Source: an uncultured Actinomycetes bacterium | GTDB lineage: Bacteria; Actinomycetota; Coriobacteriia; Anaerosomatales; PHET01 | Direction of reading: 5' to 3' | Assembly (NCBI GenBank): GCA_963770765.1 | Contig: CAVYQS010000012.1 | Coordinates: forward strand, 30,333 to 94,332 | Length of the DNA stretch: 64,000 nt | Shown here: positions 35,616 through 45,702 of the stretch, piece after piece | How the letters are laid out: every line of letters starts with the position of its first letter | Numbering within the stretch: the first letter of the stretch is position 1 | The notes under the pieces: generated by a model | Databases searched by the model: none | Told to the model about the DNA's origin: nothing | Seen by the model: only the letters and a program-made list of their open reading frames with translations | Program-made: the position numbers and the translations under genes

Positions 35616-36200
35616 TCACTCCCCCCTCAGGCGCCACGTCGCGATCTGCTGGTACTCAGGACCACGCGGCGCCAACCGGCTGGTGAACAAGCTAAACGAC
35701 GGCACTGACATCGTGGGACGCGACCCGTCAAGGACGCCATTGACCTGCATGATCACTTCGTCCGACATGGCCCGAACACGACGGGCCCGACACAGTGTCA
35801 CATGCGGCACCTGCACTCGGCCGTCGCCCTCAGGTCCGGTCCCCTCACTTCCCCGCCGGACCGCTGCCGCGAGATCCGCGAAGCCCCCACTCGCGTCCTC
35901 GCAGGCTGCCCACAGCATTCGGCAACGGCGGGACGAAGGCCGTGCCACCACGGCCGAAAGGGCGAGGTCGAACGAGCACAGACCGTCAGCTGCGACAGCG
36001 ATCCTGCTTTCGAGCTCGGGCAGCTGATCTGAGGGAATCGATCCGAGGAATCGAACGGTCACATGAAGGTTCGAGGGGGTCACCCACTTCTCATCCGACC
36101 ATCCCGGTGCGCGATCGACGAGCAGCGCGTGAGCCCGCGCGACCCAGTTGACCGCTTGCTCGTCGAGCGGGATTCCCACGAAACAGCGAACCTCGCTCAC
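35616..36200 (-). CDS. thpR: RNA 2',3'-cyclic phosphodiesterase (2H family, ThpR/LigT)
   Basis: Two H-x-T motifs, HVTVRFLG and HVTLCRA. The start overlaps the cinA stop (GTGA). Confidence 0.85.
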   Translation of the reverse strand: MSEVRCFVGIPLDEQAVNWVARAHALLVDRAPGWSDEKWVTPSNLHVTVRFLGSIPSDQLPELESRIAVAADGLCSFDLALSAVVARPSSRRCRMLWAACEDASGGFADLAAAVRRGSEGTGPEGDGRVQVPHVTLCRARRVRAMSDEVIMQVNGVLDGSRPTMSVPSFSLFTSRLAPRGPEYQQIATWRLRGE

Positions 36201-37438
36201 GCCGGGGTCACCGACAGCCCGAACACCTGCCTTCTCAGCAGGTCCAATCCGAACGACGTCGCACGGGCTCTGATCGCGTCACGGCTTCCAGCGGGAAAGC
36301 GCTTGGCCACTGCAGCATCCCCGCCCGGTCCACGCACGGCGAACCATACCGTGCCGACGGGCCTGTCCGGAGTACCGCCGTCGGGACCCGCGATACCGCT
36401 CACCGACACGGCGATATCGGCCGAGAAGACGCTCTGAGCACCTTTCGCCATCGCGGTCACGCACTCCTCACTCACCGCGCCGAACCGCGCCAGCAGTCCC
36501 TCGGGAACGCCGACAAGCCTGCTCTTGGCCTCGTTGGAGTATGTGACCGCTGACCCGAGGAGCACCGCAGACGAGCCCGGGACGTCGGTGAGGGCGGCGG
36601 CGATCATTCCGCCGGTGCACGACTCAGCGAGCCCGACGGTCACGCCGCGCCTGGTCGCCTCCTCGACTATCTCGCGGGCGAGCGTCTGACCCCGCGAGCT
36701 GTAGCACCGCTCTCCCAGCGCCGCGCTGACCTCAGCCACCGCGCTGTCCAAGGCGGCCACTCCGCCGCCCTGATCGGACAGTAGCACCCTCACATCACCG
36801 GGACGCGCGAGAATCGTGAAGCCGATCCCCGAGCGATCGCCCAGGGCGCGCTGGACTGAGATCTGAGCGTCGGACTCCGTTGCCCCCACAACCCCGAGCT
36901 CGCGGGGAGCAGCGTGCACGAGCGGATACCGCGCGAGGAGCTCGCCGAGCATCGGGCGCATCTCGCTGGGCGGGCCTGGTAGCAGCGCCAGCACGCCGGC
37001 TGCGGTGTCGATAACGAGTCCCGGTGCTGTGCCCGTGGTCGCGTCGATCACTCGGGCTCCGTGCAGCACCTCGGCCTGGACGAGTACCTGCGCTGCGGCA
37101 TCCGGATCCGAATGGCGCGCCACCACCGGCCTCAGCCATTCCACGAGCGCCTCATCGACCTCGAGAGCGATGCCCAAGCCGACCGAAGCGGCTTCGCGTG
37201 TGATGTCGTCGTGCGTGGGACCCAGACCGCCGGTCGTGATCACGAGCGCATACTTCTCGGTGAGCCGTGTGATCTGCGAGGCGAGAACAGTGGCATCATC
37301 GCCCACGCTGACGGTCTCGATGACGACGAAGCCCCGGGGGGTCAACGCTCGGGCGATCTCGCTCGTGTTGGTGTCGATCCTCAGGCCCTGTGTGAGCTCG
37401 GAGCCGATGGTGATGATGGCCGCAGTCGACGGTGCCAC
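36197..37438 (-). CDS. cinA: CinA family protein (MoCF-binding N-domain + NMN deamidase PncC domain)
   Basis: GTG 37438 after AAGGGGA. Motifs: IITIGSELTQG...DTN, TTGGLGPTHDD, C-terminal ESCTGG. Confidence 0.88.
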   Translation of the reverse strand: MAPSTAAIITIGSELTQGLRIDTNTSEIARALTPRGFVVIETVSVGDDATVLASQITRLTEKYALVITTGGLGPTHDDITREAASVGLGIALEVDEALVEWLRPVVARHSDPDAAAQVLVQAEVLHGARVIDATTGTAPGLVIDTAAGVLALLPGPPSEMRPMLGELLARYPLVHAAPRELGVVGATESDAQISVQRALGDRSGIGFTILARPGDVRVLLSDQGGGVAALDSAVAEVSAALGERCYSSRGQTLAREIVEEATRRGVTVGLAESCTGGMIAAALTDVPGSSAVLLGSAVTYSNEAKSRLVGVPEGLLARFGAVSEECVTAMAKGAQSVFSADIAVSVSGIAGPDGGTPDRPVGTVWFAVRGPGGDAAVAKRFPAGSRDAIRARATSFGLDLLRRQVFGLSVTPA

Positions 37439-37454
37439 GTGCGTGGTCCCCTTG

Positions 37455-38132
37455 TCAGTCGGTGGTCTCCTCGAGCTCCGCTTCCGCCTCTTCATGCGCC
37501 GCGATGGTGGACTGGGCGATATCGGAGTCGCCCGTCCATGGTCCCACGAGCACATCAGCTGCGTGGCGGAAGTAGTCGATCATCGACAGTATGGTGAGCA
37601 CGACGGCAGCGCCCATGACCGTCCACGATGCCACCTGGAAGAACATGAAGAACTCGTCACCGAGCTGCCTGAGCAGCAACGAATCCTTGACCAGGAACAT
37701 CACGATGGCGACGATCTGTACCACCGTCTTGACCTTGCCGTACCAAGACGCTGCGATGACTTGGCCCTCTGCCGAGGCGACCATCCGCAGACCGCTCACG
37801 ATGAACTCGCGGGCGATGATGACGAAGCCGATCCACGCGGGCAGCACCGACAGTTCGATCAGCGCGAGAAGCGCCGCAGTCACCAGCAGCTTGTCGGCGA
37901 GCGGGTCGAGGAACTTCCCGAAGGTCGTCACTTCGTTACGAGAACGTGCGAGGTATCCATCGACGCCATCGGTGGCAGCGAGCAAGGTGAACACACCGGC
38001 GGCGATCCACGGCTTGAGCGAGGCGACGAAGACAGGCGCCTGCACCCACTCCGGCCAGTTGGTGAGCAGCACCAGCATGAACGCCGGTATGAGCACCATT
38101 CGTGTGACGGTGACCGTGTTCGCCGCGTTCAT
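37455..38132 (-). CDS. pgsA: CDP-diacylglycerol--glycerol-3-phosphate 3-phosphatidyltransferase
   Basis: ATG 38132. CDP-alcohol phosphotransferase motif DGVDGYLAR...G...DPLADK. Acidic C-terminal tail. Confidence 0.88.
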   Translation of the reverse strand: MNAANTVTVTRMVLIPAFMLVLLTNWPEWVQAPVFVASLKPWIAAGVFTLLAATDGVDGYLARSRNEVTTFGKFLDPLADKLLVTAALLALIELSVLPAWIGFVIIAREFIVSGLRMVASAEGQVIAASWYGKVKTVVQIVAIVMFLVKDSLLLRQLGDEFFMFFQVASWTVMGAAVVLTILSMIDYFRHAADVLVGPWTGDSDIAQSTIAAHEEAEAELEETTD

Positions 38133-38148
38133 ATGCTTCTCAGGCACG

Positions 38149-39468
38149 TCAGAGCACCTCTCCCTCGAGGTCGTAACAGATCGAATCCACCATGCGTACC
38201 GTGACCATCTCGCCCGGTGTGCCGCGATCGAGCCACACGACCCCGTCGATATCGGGCGCCTGACCTCGCCACCTGCCCACGACGACCCCTTCATCCGGAT
38301 CGACGCCTTCGACGAGAACCTCGAGCTCTGCGCCAACACGCTCGGCCGCGAGCTCGAATCCGATCGTGTCCGCAAGGTCACGCAGGCGCTGGGCGCGTGC
38401 GCGACGAGTGCGGGGGGCCACCTGACCAGGCATCTCAGCGGCAGCAGTGCCGTCTTCAGGAGAGTACGGGAACACACCCACGTAGTCGAAGCGGGCACTC
38501 TCGAGGAAGCGTGTGAGAGTCGCAACGTCGGCACGCGTCTCGCCCGGGAACCCGGCGATGAGCGTCGTCCGAAGGACGACTCCGGGCAGGGCCTCACGGA
38601 CCCTGCCGATCAGCTCGAGATAGCTCTCAGCATCCCCGGCCCGCCTCATGGCTCGCAACACCGGCTTGGCCGCGTGCTGCAGCGGCATATCGAGGTAGCG
38701 GCAGACGTTCGGGTGCTCCGCCATCGCAGCGAGCAACTCGTCGGTGATGCCGTCGGGCTGCGCATACATGAGCCTGAGCCAACGCACCCCCGGAACCGCT
38801 GCGACCGCCCGCACCACGTCGGCGAGGGTGTCGCGCGATCTCGCATCCCGGCCGTATGCGGTGATGTCCTGGCCGATCAGGACGATCTCCCTTGCCCCTA
38901 GGCCGACCAGCTCCTCGGCTTCAGACACGATGTCGCCGAGAGACCTGCTGCGATAGGGTCCACGGATCGACGGGATGGTGCAGTAGGCGCAGTCCCGGTG
39001 GCACCCGTCTGAGATCTGCAGATAGGCCGACGGACCTGCAACGGTCCTTCGCGGCAACCTCGCCGAACCCCCGCCGACGACCGCCGCAACCCCGGTGACA
39101 CGCTCGAGGACGCCGACGACGGCGCCCTCTTGGTCTACCGGCACGAACGCGTCGACCTCCGGCATCGCGGCGGCGAGGTCGCCACCATAGCGACTGGGCA
39201 TGCAGCCCGCGACCACCAACTTGCGACCCTCGCGAGCCGGCACCCACTCGGACGCGACGTCCAGAACGACCGATACCGACTCCTCGGTGGCCTCCGCGAT
39301 GAAGGAGCAGGTGTTGACGATGACGACATCCGCCTCGTCGATGTCGTCGACCACCTGGTAGGAGGTTCCGAGGACATCGGCGCGCATCTTGTCGGTGTCG
39401 ACCTCGTTCTTGGGACAACCGAGCGTCACGAACGCGATCCGCGGTGCGGCGACTGAGATGGGTGCCAT
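38149..39468 (-). CDS. rimO: ribosomal protein S12 methylthiotransferase RimO
   Basis: N-domain FVTLGCPKNEVD, radical SAM cluster CHRDCAYCTIP, C-terminal TRAM domain. Confidence 0.9.
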   Translation of the reverse strand: MAPISVAAPRIAFVTLGCPKNEVDTDKMRADVLGTSYQVVDDIDEADVVIVNTCSFIAEATEESVSVVLDVASEWVPAREGRKLVVAGCMPSRYGGDLAAAMPEVDAFVPVDQEGAVVGVLERVTGVAAVVGGGSARLPRRTVAGPSAYLQISDGCHRDCAYCTIPSIRGPYRSRSLGDIVSEAEELVGLGAREIVLIGQDITAYGRDARSRDTLADVVRAVAAVPGVRWLRLMYAQPDGITDELLAAMAEHPNVCRYLDMPLQHAAKPVLRAMRRAGDAESYLELIGRVREALPGVVLRTTLIAGFPGETRADVATLTRFLESARFDYVGVFPYSPEDGTAAAEMPGQVAPRTRRARAQRLRDLADTIGFELAAERVGAELEVLVEGVDPDEGVVVGRWRGQAPDIDGVVWLDRGTPGEMVTVRMVDSICYDLEGEVL

Positions 39469-39471
39469 GCG

Positions 39472-39969
39472 CTACCGGTAGTTCGTGTACTGGAGCGGAA
39501 TGCCGTAGTCCTGATCCTTCAGGAAGGCGATGACCGCCTGCAACACGTCACGAACGGGCGCGGAAACTCGCAGCTTGTCTCCCTCGATCTGGACTTTGCA
39601 CTTGAACTTCTGGTCCTTGATGTCCTTGTTGATCCGCTTCGCGAGATCTGTCTCGATACCCATCACGAGCGTGCCGTTCAGTCGCACGCTACCGCCGCTC
39701 GCGGCCTGGGGTGCGGACCATGAGACCGCCTTGAGATCGATATGGCGACGTACGAGCTTCGTGTTGAGCACGTCGATGACCTGTTTGGCTACGAAATCGC
39801 TCGGCGCGGTCAACGTGAAGGACTTCTCGGCCTTGCTGAAATCGAGCGTCGAGCCAGTGTCTTTGAGGTCGTAGCGCTGTACGAGCTCTTTGGCGGTCTG
39901 CTGGTATGCGTTGTCGACCTCCTGGACGTCGACTTCCGACACGACATCGAAACTGCTGTCTTTAGCCAT
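39472..39969 (-). CDS. yajQ: YajQ family nucleotide-binding protein (UPF0234)
   Basis: 165 aa. SFDVVSEVDVQEVDNAYQQ...KFKCKVQIEGDKLRVS...PLQYTNYR. Confidence 0.88.
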   Translation of the reverse strand: MAKDSSFDVVSEVDVQEVDNAYQQTAKELVQRYDLKDTGSTLDFSKAEKSFTLTAPSDFVAKQVIDVLNTKLVRRHIDLKAVSWSAPQAASGGSVRLNGTLVMGIETDLAKRINKDIKDQKFKCKVQIEGDKLRVSAPVRDVLQAVIAFLKDQDYGIPLQYTNYR

Positions 39970-40001
39970 GCGGTGCGCTCCTTTCGTGTGGTCGGGTCGG
40001 T

Positions 40002-40778
40002 CTACTCGGATGGCTCGGCTTCGAGCTCGACGACAGGCGTGTCATCACTCACCGGGATCTTCACCTTCTTGCCATCGCGCAGAACCGTGACGGCGGAGGG
40101 CTTGCCCACGAGCACGGATGCGGACTCGGCCACCTCGTACTCCTTGCTCTGGCCCCCGGTGAGCGTGCCCGCGTAGGCCTTCTTCCCGTCCACGGTGATC
40201 TCGAGCCATGAGGCGCCGTTGGCGCTCACCCTGACCTCGAGAGTGAAGGGCTGCAGCTCGGATGCGGGCTCCTCCTGTGTCGACGCCTGAGTCTGTTCGG
40301 TCTCGGGTGCCGGTGTCGCGTCGCCTTCAGCCGGCGGAGTCGAGGTGGGCTCGCTGAGCGGAGCGGGTTCCGGCAACGGGGGTTCGGGGCCGCGCCAGAT
40401 GCGCGTGATGCCCCAGATGGCGACGGACAACAGTGCGATCACCACCACGACGATCACCGCGCCGCGTCCCGGCACCGCGTGCTGCTGGTGTCGGGGCGAG
40501 ACCGCTTCATCGACCTGGGGCAGATTCAACTCGTGATAGCGGCCCGATCCCGTCTCAGACTTGTACATCGCGAGAAGCGGCAGCGGGTCGAGTTCGAGAT
40601 AACGAGCGTAGCTGGAGATGTAGCCACGAACGTAGCCGGGATTGGGCAGCTTGGCGTAGTCACCCTCCTCCAGGGCGCGGATCAGGGTTCCGCGGATACG
40701 CGTGGCATCCTGGGCCTGTTCGATCGTGAGTCCGATCGCCTGGCGTCGTTCCTTGAGTGTGTCGCCGAGCTTGCCCAC
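40002..40778 (-). CDS. RodZ-like cytoskeleton protein (XRE HTH + TM + DUF4115)
   Basis: HTH LKERRQAIGLTIEQAQDATRIRGTLIRALEEGDY, YVRGYISSYARYL, a TM helix, a Pro/Glu linker, and a C-terminal beta domain. Confidence 0.8.
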   Translation of the reverse strand: MGKLGDTLKERRQAIGLTIEQAQDATRIRGTLIRALEEGDYAKLPNPGYVRGYISSYARYLELDPLPLLAMYKSETGSGRYHELNLPQVDEAVSPRHQQHAVPGRGAVIVVVVIALLSVAIWGITRIWRGPEPPLPEPAPLSEPTSTPPAEGDATPAPETEQTQASTQEEPASELQPFTLEVRVSANGASWLEITVDGKKAYAGTLTGGQSKEYEVAESASVLVGKPSAVTVLRDGKKVKIPVSDDTPVVELEAEPSE

Positions 40779-40780
40779 GT

Positions 40781-43015
40781 CTACAGCTCTCCCGCTTCTT
40801 CTCGCTCGAACACCTTGAGCGACTCGAGTTCCTCGACGTCATACATGACTTCGCGCGGCTTGCTGCCGTCGGGCGGCCCCACGACGCCCTTGGCCTCAAG
40901 CATATCCATGATCCGTCCCGCACGCGCATAGCCGACCTTGAGGCGCCGCTGAAGCATCGAGGTCGAACCGAGACCGGAGGTCACCACGATATCGGCCGCT
41001 TCCCATATCAGCGGGTCGTCTTCATCACCGCTGTCGACCCCCCCACCCATCGAAGACACCTTGAGGTGGAGGATCTCCTCGTGATAATCGGGCTCCGACT
41101 GTCCCTTGAGGTGATCGACCACCGCGATGATCTCGTCTTCGGTCACGTAGCAGCCCTGGATGCGTTTGGGCTTGGGCCATGCCGGTATCGAGAACAGCAT
41201 GTCTCCCAGACCGACGAGCTTCTCGGCGCCGGGCTGGTCGAGAACGACACGGCTATCGATCGCGCTCGCGACGTTGAAGGCGATCCGGTTGGTGATGTTG
41301 GCCTTGATCAGTCCCGTCACGACGTTGGCCTCGGGGCGCTGAGTGGCCACGATCAGGTGGATGCCGGCCGCACGCGCGAGCTGCGCGATGCGGCAGATGG
41401 AGTCCTCGACCTCTTTGGCCGCGACCATCATCAGGTCCGCGAGCTCGTCGATCACGATGACGAGATACGGCAGCTCCGCGGATCCTTCGGGCCCGGTTCC
41501 GGCTTGGACCTTCGCGTTGTATCCGCCGATATCGCGGGCGCCTGCGCCCTGCAGCAACTTGAGACGCCGGTCCATTTCGCTGACCGCCCATGCAAGCGCG
41601 CTCGCGGCCTCCTTGGGCTCGGTCACCACCGGCACGTAGAGGTGCGGGACACCGTTGTAGAGCGACAGCTCGACACGTTTGGGATCGATCAGTATCAGCC
41701 GTACCTCTGAAGGAGTCGAGCGCATCATGATGCTCACAAGCATCGCGTTGATCGCCACGGACTTGCCCGAGCCGGTCGTGCCGCCGATGAGCAGATGTGG
41801 CATCTTGGCAAGGTCGGCGAGCACGGGATCTCCTGCGACGTCCTTGCCGATCGCGAGCTTGAGAGGCTCGCCCTCCGAGGCCGGCGAAAGCACATCCCCC
41901 AACGTGACGGAGGTGCGGCGAACGTTCGGTACCTCGATGCCGACGAGCGCCTTGCCGGGAATCGGAGCGAGGATCCGAACCGTGGAAGCCGCGAGGGAGA
42001 GGGCGAGGTCATCGGCAAGAGCCGTGACGCGATTCAGTCGAACGCCCTTCGCGATCTCCACTTCGTAGAGCGTGACCGTGGGCCCCGCGACCCAGCTCAC
42101 GACCCTGGCAGGGATGTCGAATGTCGCCAGCGTGTCCGCGATCACGTGGGCCGTCGCTCGCAGCTCGTTGTCGGTGGCCTTGTGGCGTGCGGCGGACTCC
42201 GAGGTCTTCTTGAGGATCTGAGGCAGTGGAAGCTCGAAACCCTCCATCGCACGCGGTGCGACCGTCTTGGAGACCGGTGTCGTCTTGCGGGCGGCCTCGG
42301 GGTCGGCTGCAGGGGTCTTCGAGCGCACCGGAAGGACCGCGGTCTTGGTGCCGATGACCTCCTCGCCTGCGACACCGAGCGGAGCGGTCCTCGAGGCACG
42401 CTCCTTGGGCGCTCGCACTGAGCGAGGCGCGGGCTCGGGCTCTCGGGCGAAACGCTCGCGGAGCACGTCGACAAGGCCCGATATGGAGAGACCGGTCACT
42501 ACGAGCCCCACGATGAGCAACCCCACGAGCAGTACGGCCGCGATCGCCGGGGTCGTGGGTGTCGCCAGAGCCCACGCGACCGCACCGCCCACGTAGCCGC
42601 CGTAGAGCGCGACCGTGTCGACTGTGGCCAGGTATGCCTCGTCGGGAGTGGCCAGTGCGGCGAGCGAGATGATCGACAGGACCACGAGGCCGAGGCCGAT
42701 CCCCGTGCGTCCCTCGTGGATCTCCGCACGCACGAAGAACGAGACGCCCCACAGCAACAGTCCGATGGGAATCAGATAGGCACCGACTCCGAAGGCGGCG
42801 CGCAATCCGACTGACGCTGCGTCGGCAGCCACGCCGGAACCGCGGCTCACGACCGCGATCATGAGCGCCACCGCGATCGCGGACAGAGCGACACCGATGA
42901 TGTCTCGCTTGGAACGGTCGTCGAGAACGACGGCCGATGCGCCCCGCGACGCCGACTTGGCGCGCTTGGAGCTCGACCGTTTACCCGAGGAGCCTGTGCT
43001 GCGTTTCTGTGCCAC
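40781..43015 (-). CDS. ftsK: DNA translocase FtsK
   Basis: GTG 43015. N-terminal TM helices, linker, motor domain with Walker A GGTTGSGKS, and a C-terminal gamma wHTH SMLQRRLKVGYARAGRIMD. Confidence 0.93.
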   Translation of the reverse strand: MAQKRSTGSSGKRSSSKRAKSASRGASAVVLDDRSKRDIIGVALSAIAVALMIAVVSRGSGVAADAASVGLRAAFGVGAYLIPIGLLLWGVSFFVRAEIHEGRTGIGLGLVVLSIISLAALATPDEAYLATVDTVALYGGYVGGAVAWALATPTTPAIAAVLLVGLLIVGLVVTGLSISGLVDVLRERFAREPEPAPRSVRAPKERASRTAPLGVAGEEVIGTKTAVLPVRSKTPAADPEAARKTTPVSKTVAPRAMEGFELPLPQILKKTSESAARHKATDNELRATAHVIADTLATFDIPARVVSWVAGPTVTLYEVEIAKGVRLNRVTALADDLALSLAASTVRILAPIPGKALVGIEVPNVRRTSVTLGDVLSPASEGEPLKLAIGKDVAGDPVLADLAKMPHLLIGGTTGSGKSVAINAMLVSIMMRSTPSEVRLILIDPKRVELSLYNGVPHLYVPVVTEPKEAASALAWAVSEMDRRLKLLQGAGARDIGGYNAKVQAGTGPEGSAELPYLVIVIDELADLMMVAAKEVEDSICRIAQLARAAGIHLIVATQRPEANVVTGLIKANITNRIAFNVASAIDSRVVLDQPGAEKLVGLGDMLFSIPAWPKPKRIQGCYVTEDEIIAVVDHLKGQSEPDYHEEILHLKVSSMGGGVDSGDEDDPLIWEAADIVVTSGLGSTSMLQRRLKVGYARAGRIMDMLEAKGVVGPPDGSKPREVMYDVEELESLKVFEREEAGEL

Positions 43016-43032
43016 GAAGATGCTCCCGTTAC

Positions 43033-43866
43033 CTAACGTGCATAGAGTACCAACAGCAGGATACCTGCAACCGCCGTGTAGGCGGAGAACCACCACAAGG
43101 AATGCTTGCGCACGAACGGCAGAAGGAACCAGATCACTCCGTATCCGACAAGGGCTGTCACGGAGATGCCGACAAGGGTTATCGGAAGAGGCGGCATACC
43201 ACCCTCTCCCTGCGTGACGTCCAGGAGCTTCTTCGCAGTGGCCGCCGAGATGATCGGGATCGACATCAGGAACGAGAAACGCGCGGACTCACCTCGCGTG
43301 ATGCCGAGCGCCTGACCCGTCGAGATCGTCAACCCCGAGCGCGATATGCCCGGCAGCGCGGCGAACCCCTGAGCGAAGCCGATCACGAGCGCCTTCCACC
43401 ACGGGATCGTCGCCGAGTCCTCGACTGCCGGAGCCCGCTTCTTCTCGGCGGTCGCGATGATCTCCGATCCTCCGAGGACCACCGAGGTGACGAGAAGACC
43501 GATCGCCGAGATGACTATCTGCTGCTCGACGGGGCGCAGCTCGACGCCGGCGATGAACGACTCAAGTGCCAGTACGACCACGACGCTCGGCCCGGTCGCG
43601 CCTATCAGCATGAGCGCGAGGCGGCGGTCTGCGGCCTTCTCGGGAGCGCTGCTCAGCAAGCCGCGAACGAGCGCCACCACGTCGCGGCGGAAATAGACCA
43701 CCGTTGCCAGAAGCGTCCCGGCGTGAAGCATCACGTCGAAGCCCAGCCCGAACCTCTCCCAACCCAGAAGGGAGGGCACGAGGATCAGGTGGCCATCGGA
43801 TGAGATCGGGAGGAACTCGGTCACAGCCTGCACGATGGCAAGTACGACCGCCTCGAAGAGACCCAC
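43033..43866 (-). CDS. uppP: undecaprenyl-diphosphate phosphatase
   Basis: LAIVQAVTEFLPISSDGHL and PGISRSG motifs. Polytopic. Confidence 0.92.
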   Translation of the reverse strand: MGLFEAVVLAIVQAVTEFLPISSDGHLILVPSLLGWERFGLGFDVMLHAGTLLATVVYFRRDVVALVRGLLSSAPEKAADRRLALMLIGATGPSVVVVLALESFIAGVELRPVEQQIVISAIGLLVTSVVLGGSEIIATAEKKRAPAVEDSATIPWWKALVIGFAQGFAALPGISRSGLTISTGQALGITRGESARFSFLMSIPIISAATAKKLLDVTQGEGGMPPLPITLVGISVTALVGYGVIWFLLPFVRKHSLWWFSAYTAVAGILLLVLYAR

Positions 43867-43869
43867 CGA

Positions 43870-45558
43870 CTAGACCTCCATGACGACAGGGATGATCATC
43901 GGGCGTCGCTTGGTGCGCTCCCACATGAACTGGGAGAGCGTCTCGCGGATTCGCTTCTGCACGACAGCGAAGTCGGTCGCCCCTTCCTTGCCGGTCTTCG
44001 CGACGGCCTTGGCGACACGCTGCCGCGCTTCATCAAGGACCTCGGTGTTGTCGGCGACCACACCCCGGGTGACGATCTCAGGGTCGCCGACGGGTCTACC
44101 CGTCTTGACGTCGATAGTGACCACGACCGTCATGATCCCGTCCTGGCTCATGTGCTGGCGGTCGCGCAGCACGACCTGACCCAAGTCGCCCACGGAGAGC
44201 CCGTCCACATAGACGACGCCACTCTCCACCCGTTCGGCGAGGCGTGCTTCCTCCTCGTCGATCTCGAGGCAGTCACCGTTGTCGAGGATGAAGACGCAGT
44301 CCGCCGGCACGCCCACCGCTTCGGCGAGCCGGGCGTGAGCGGCCAAGTGGCGCGTCTCGCCGTGGATCGGCACGAAGAACTCCGGCTTGGCGAGGTTGAG
44401 CATCAGCTTCAGCTCTTCGGCGTACGCATGACCCGACACGTGAACGTCCGCTGTACCCTTATGCACCACGATCGCGCGAGCCTTGGAAAGCTTGTTGATG
44501 ACGCGGCTCACGGCCTTCTCGTTGCCCGGGATCGGGCTCGCCGAGATGATCACCGTGTCGCCCTGCTCGATGGTGACGGTCCGATGGTCTCCGTTGGCCA
44601 TGCGCGCAAGCGCCGACAACGGTTCGCCTTGACTGCCGGTGCACAAGATGACGACCTTCTCGGGCGGAAGTCCGTGGGAGTCGAACGCATCGGCGATGTT
44701 GTCGTCGTCTATGGTGAGGAAGCCGAGATCACGAGCGATCTTGGTGTTCTGCACCATCGACCTGCCGGTGACGATGATCTTGCGGCCGCTGGCGACAGCC
44801 GCGTCGCAGACCTGCTGCAGCCGGTGGATGTGGCTTGCGAACGAAGCGACGATCACACGCTGCTCGGCGCTCGCGATGATGTCGCGCAGCGCCTTGCCCA
44901 CTTCGGCCTCCGATCGGCAGTAGCCGGAGTGCTCCGCGCCGGTGGAGTCGCTCATCATGAGCGTGACCCCGGTCTTGCCGAACTTCGCAATGGCACCGTA
45001 GTCGGTCAGGCGTCCGTCGATGGGCGTCTGGTCGAGCTTGAAGTCACCGGTGTGCAAGATGTTGCCCACCGGTGTGCGGATGAAGAGTCCGACGCCGTCG
45101 GGGATCGAGTGATTCACGGGGTAGAAGTCGACACCGAACGCACCCAGCGAGACGTGGCCGCTGTCGCGGATCTCGCGCAGCTTCGGCTTCTTGATCTTGT
45201 GTTCTTCGAGCTTGCCCTTGATCAGTCCCAAGGTGAGGCGAGTGCCCAGGATCGGGACAGGGATCCCCAAGTCCTTGAGCAGGTAAGGAAGCGCCCCCGT
45301 GTGGTCCTCGTGACCATGGGTGATGATGATTCCGCGCAGCCGGTCTTTGCGTTTCACGACGTAGCTGTAGTCGGGCAGGATCAGGTCCACCCCGGGGTGG
45401 TCGTCGTCGGGGAACATGATGCCGGCGTCGACCATGATCATGTCGTTTCCGTACTCCATGACGGTCATGTTCTTGCCGATGCCGTCGAGCCCGCCGAGCG
45501 GGATGATGCGCAGCTGATTCTTCGCCGCGCTGCCGGTGTTCTGTTTCGAGTTCGTCAT
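43870..45558 (-). CDS. rnj: ribonuclease J
   Basis: Beta-lactamase/beta-CASP fold. ITHGHEDHTGALPYLL, LRIIPLGGLDGIGKNM, C-terminal domain present. Confidence 0.93.
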   Translation of the reverse strand: MTNSKQNTGSAAKNQLRIIPLGGLDGIGKNMTVMEYGNDMIMVDAGIMFPDDDHPGVDLILPDYSYVVKRKDRLRGIIITHGHEDHTGALPYLLKDLGIPVPILGTRLTLGLIKGKLEEHKIKKPKLREIRDSGHVSLGAFGVDFYPVNHSIPDGVGLFIRTPVGNILHTGDFKLDQTPIDGRLTDYGAIAKFGKTGVTLMMSDSTGAEHSGYCRSEAEVGKALRDIIASAEQRVIVASFASHIHRLQQVCDAAVASGRKIIVTGRSMVQNTKIARDLGFLTIDDDNIADAFDSHGLPPEKVVILCTGSQGEPLSALARMANGDHRTVTIEQGDTVIISASPIPGNEKAVSRVINKLSKARAIVVHKGTADVHVSGHAYAEELKLMLNLAKPEFFVPIHGETRHLAAHARLAEAVGVPADCVFILDNGDCLEIDEEEARLAERVESGVVYVDGLSVGDLGQVVLRDRQHMSQDGIMTVVVTIDVKTGRPVGDPEIVTRGVVADNTEVLDEARQRVAKAVAKTGKEGATDFAVVQKRIRETLSQFMWERTKRRPMIIPVVMEV

Positions 45559-45702
45559 CTGAAGTGGCTGTGTCTCCTCATGTCAGGACCGCCGTCCGCG
45601 ATTCAGGCGGGATCGGCTGGCCTCATCGGTTCCTCTTCGTTCCAAGCGCCCCCGAGCGCTCTTGGCCCGGCGACGCGTGCGTCCTTCTTGGGTGCTACGA
45701 GC